The notes under the pieces were generated by a model, which was not told the DNA's origin, searched no databases, and saw nothing but the letters and a program-made list of their open reading frames with translations. Of a stretch of 64,000 nucleotides of DNA, positions 62,721-64,000 are shown one piece after another. Position 1 is the stretch's first letter, and each line of letters opens with the position of its first letter. Source of the DNA: an uncultured delta proteobacterium (GTDB lineage: Bacteria; Myxococcota; Myxococcia; Myxococcales; Anaeromyxobacteraceae); assembly GCA_963766715.1 (NCBI GenBank), contig CAVYBH010000012.1, positions 416,001-480,000 on the forward strand, in the 5' to 3' direction. A program made the position numbers and the translations under genes.

Positions 62721-64000
62721 GTGCTCCTGCTCGAGATCGCAGCCCAGGGTGTCCGCGGATTCGCGCCGCCGAGCGGGGCCGGATCGCGCTTGCGCCCGGG
62801 CTACAACGTGGTCGCCGGCGACGGCGCGGCGCTCCGCCGCCTCGTCGCGGCGCTGTTCCACCCCGACCTCCCGCCCGACCCGGTCGCTGCGCGCCGAGGG
62901 CCGCGGCGCGGGCGGGCGCCGTCCGCGCCGGCCTGACGCTCGCCGGGGACGACGGGGTCACCTGGCGGGTGGTCCGGGACCTGGCGGGGCCCTGCCAGCT
63001 CCAGCGCTACGACCCCGAGCGAGCGCGCCTTCCAGTCGGTGCTCCAGGACCCGGTCGCGCATCGCCGAGGTGCTGCGCGCCGCCGGGCGTCGCCCTCGCC
63101 GGAGCGCTACGCCGCCGTCCTCTCCGTCGCCGCCGCCGACTTCCCGTCGCGGCAGGCTCCCCCGGCGGTCTCGCCGCCATCTCGCCAGCCGGCTCCGCGC
63201 CGCTCGCTCGCGCCCGGCCGAGGCGCGGAAGAAGCTCGAGGCGCTCGCGGAGCGAGATGGCGCGCGCCCGCGGCGCCGAGCAGGTCCAGGCGGAGATGGA
63301 CAGCCTGCCAGAGCCGGCTCTTCAAGCTGGAGGAGATGCTCAAGTCCGGGGAGCAGGTGAAGGAGCGGCTGCGGGCCGCCCAGGCCGGCGTCGCGGCGCT
63401 GGCCGGCGGCGGAGGCGGCGCTCGCGACCCTTCGCGACCCCGCCGCCCGGCTGGCCGCCTGCGCGCAAGGCCACCGCCCGGCGCGACGAGGCGCTGCCAG
63501 AAGGTCGCGCAGGAGCGGGAGGCGCAGGACGGGGCCTCCGCGCCCGGGACCGACTCTGGCGCCAGCCCGGGCTTCCTGGCCGGCCTGGGCGTCGGGCGCG
63601 GCGAGCCTGCTCGGCGCGCTCGTGCACCGACCTGCGTGCGCTGGCGCTCGCCGCCATCCCGGCCACCGGGTGGGCCGCCTTCGAGGGGCTTCGCTGGGTC
63701 GGGCGGGCCGAGGGGTCCGAGACCGCCGGGCGCCGGACTCGCTGGCTCGGGGAGCGGGAGCGGAAGGCCACCGAGGCCTGGGAGCGGGAGACCGCCGACG
63801 TGCGGGCCGCCGTGACGGCCGGCCGGGCGTGGCGAGCGTGGCCGAGCTCGGCGACCTGCTCGTGCGGGTGCAGGAGGCGCGGGCCGCGCTGGCCGAGGCC
63901 GAGGCCGGAATCACCACCTGGCAGGCGAGGGCCGAGACGAAGGACGCCGAGGCCGAGCGGGTCCAGGTCCAGCAGGAGATTGGGGAGCTGGAGCGGAAGC
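62721..64000 (+). CDS. Coiled-coil protein with SMC/Rad50-like N-terminus; many indels, runs off window end
   Basis: [14 protein letters not shown]...[10 protein letters not shown], then coiled-coil fragments such as [25 protein letters not shown] and a hydrophobic stretch. Confidence 0.55.

Overview
High-GC bacterial chromosomal DNA. Protein sequences, the AUC-started IF3 and gene content point to Myxococcota, Anaeromyxobacter-like (inference). About two thirds of the window is core translation and metabolism: an isolated rplC, typA, tRNA-Val(GAC), thrS-[leuA-ilvB-ilvN-ilvC]-infC-rpmI-rplT-pheS-pheT-ihfA, a 2-oxoacid:ferredoxin oxidoreductase, and a ~22 kb rpsL-to-rplS ribosomal superoperon (str+S10+spc+alpha+trmD) that lacks rplC and infA. 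A short accessory stretch of envelope and secreted genes follows the tRNA. The sequence carries roughly thirty single-base indels, several in essential genes (tuf, rplD, rplR, rpsD, rpoA), so apparent fusions and pseudogenes are most likely long-read errors. I found no CRISPR array, integrase, transposase or rRNA, and no clearly new multi-gene system can be proven from sequence alone. The best leads are: (1) a near-leaderless Leu-Leu leader peptide with alternative hairpins ahead of leuA-ilv; (2) rplC moved out of the S10 operon with its own promoter and terminator; (3) a promoter plus terminator-like leader in the slot where infA normally sits; (4) a sigma54-driven small secreted protein with a kinase and an NtrC-family regulator; (5) a sigma54 promoter on an RpoH-family sigma, divergent from a degenerate kinase; (6) a queD / divergent folE / SDR / FAD-oxidase operon; (7) indel errors recurring at AGATC, a possible methylation footprint.
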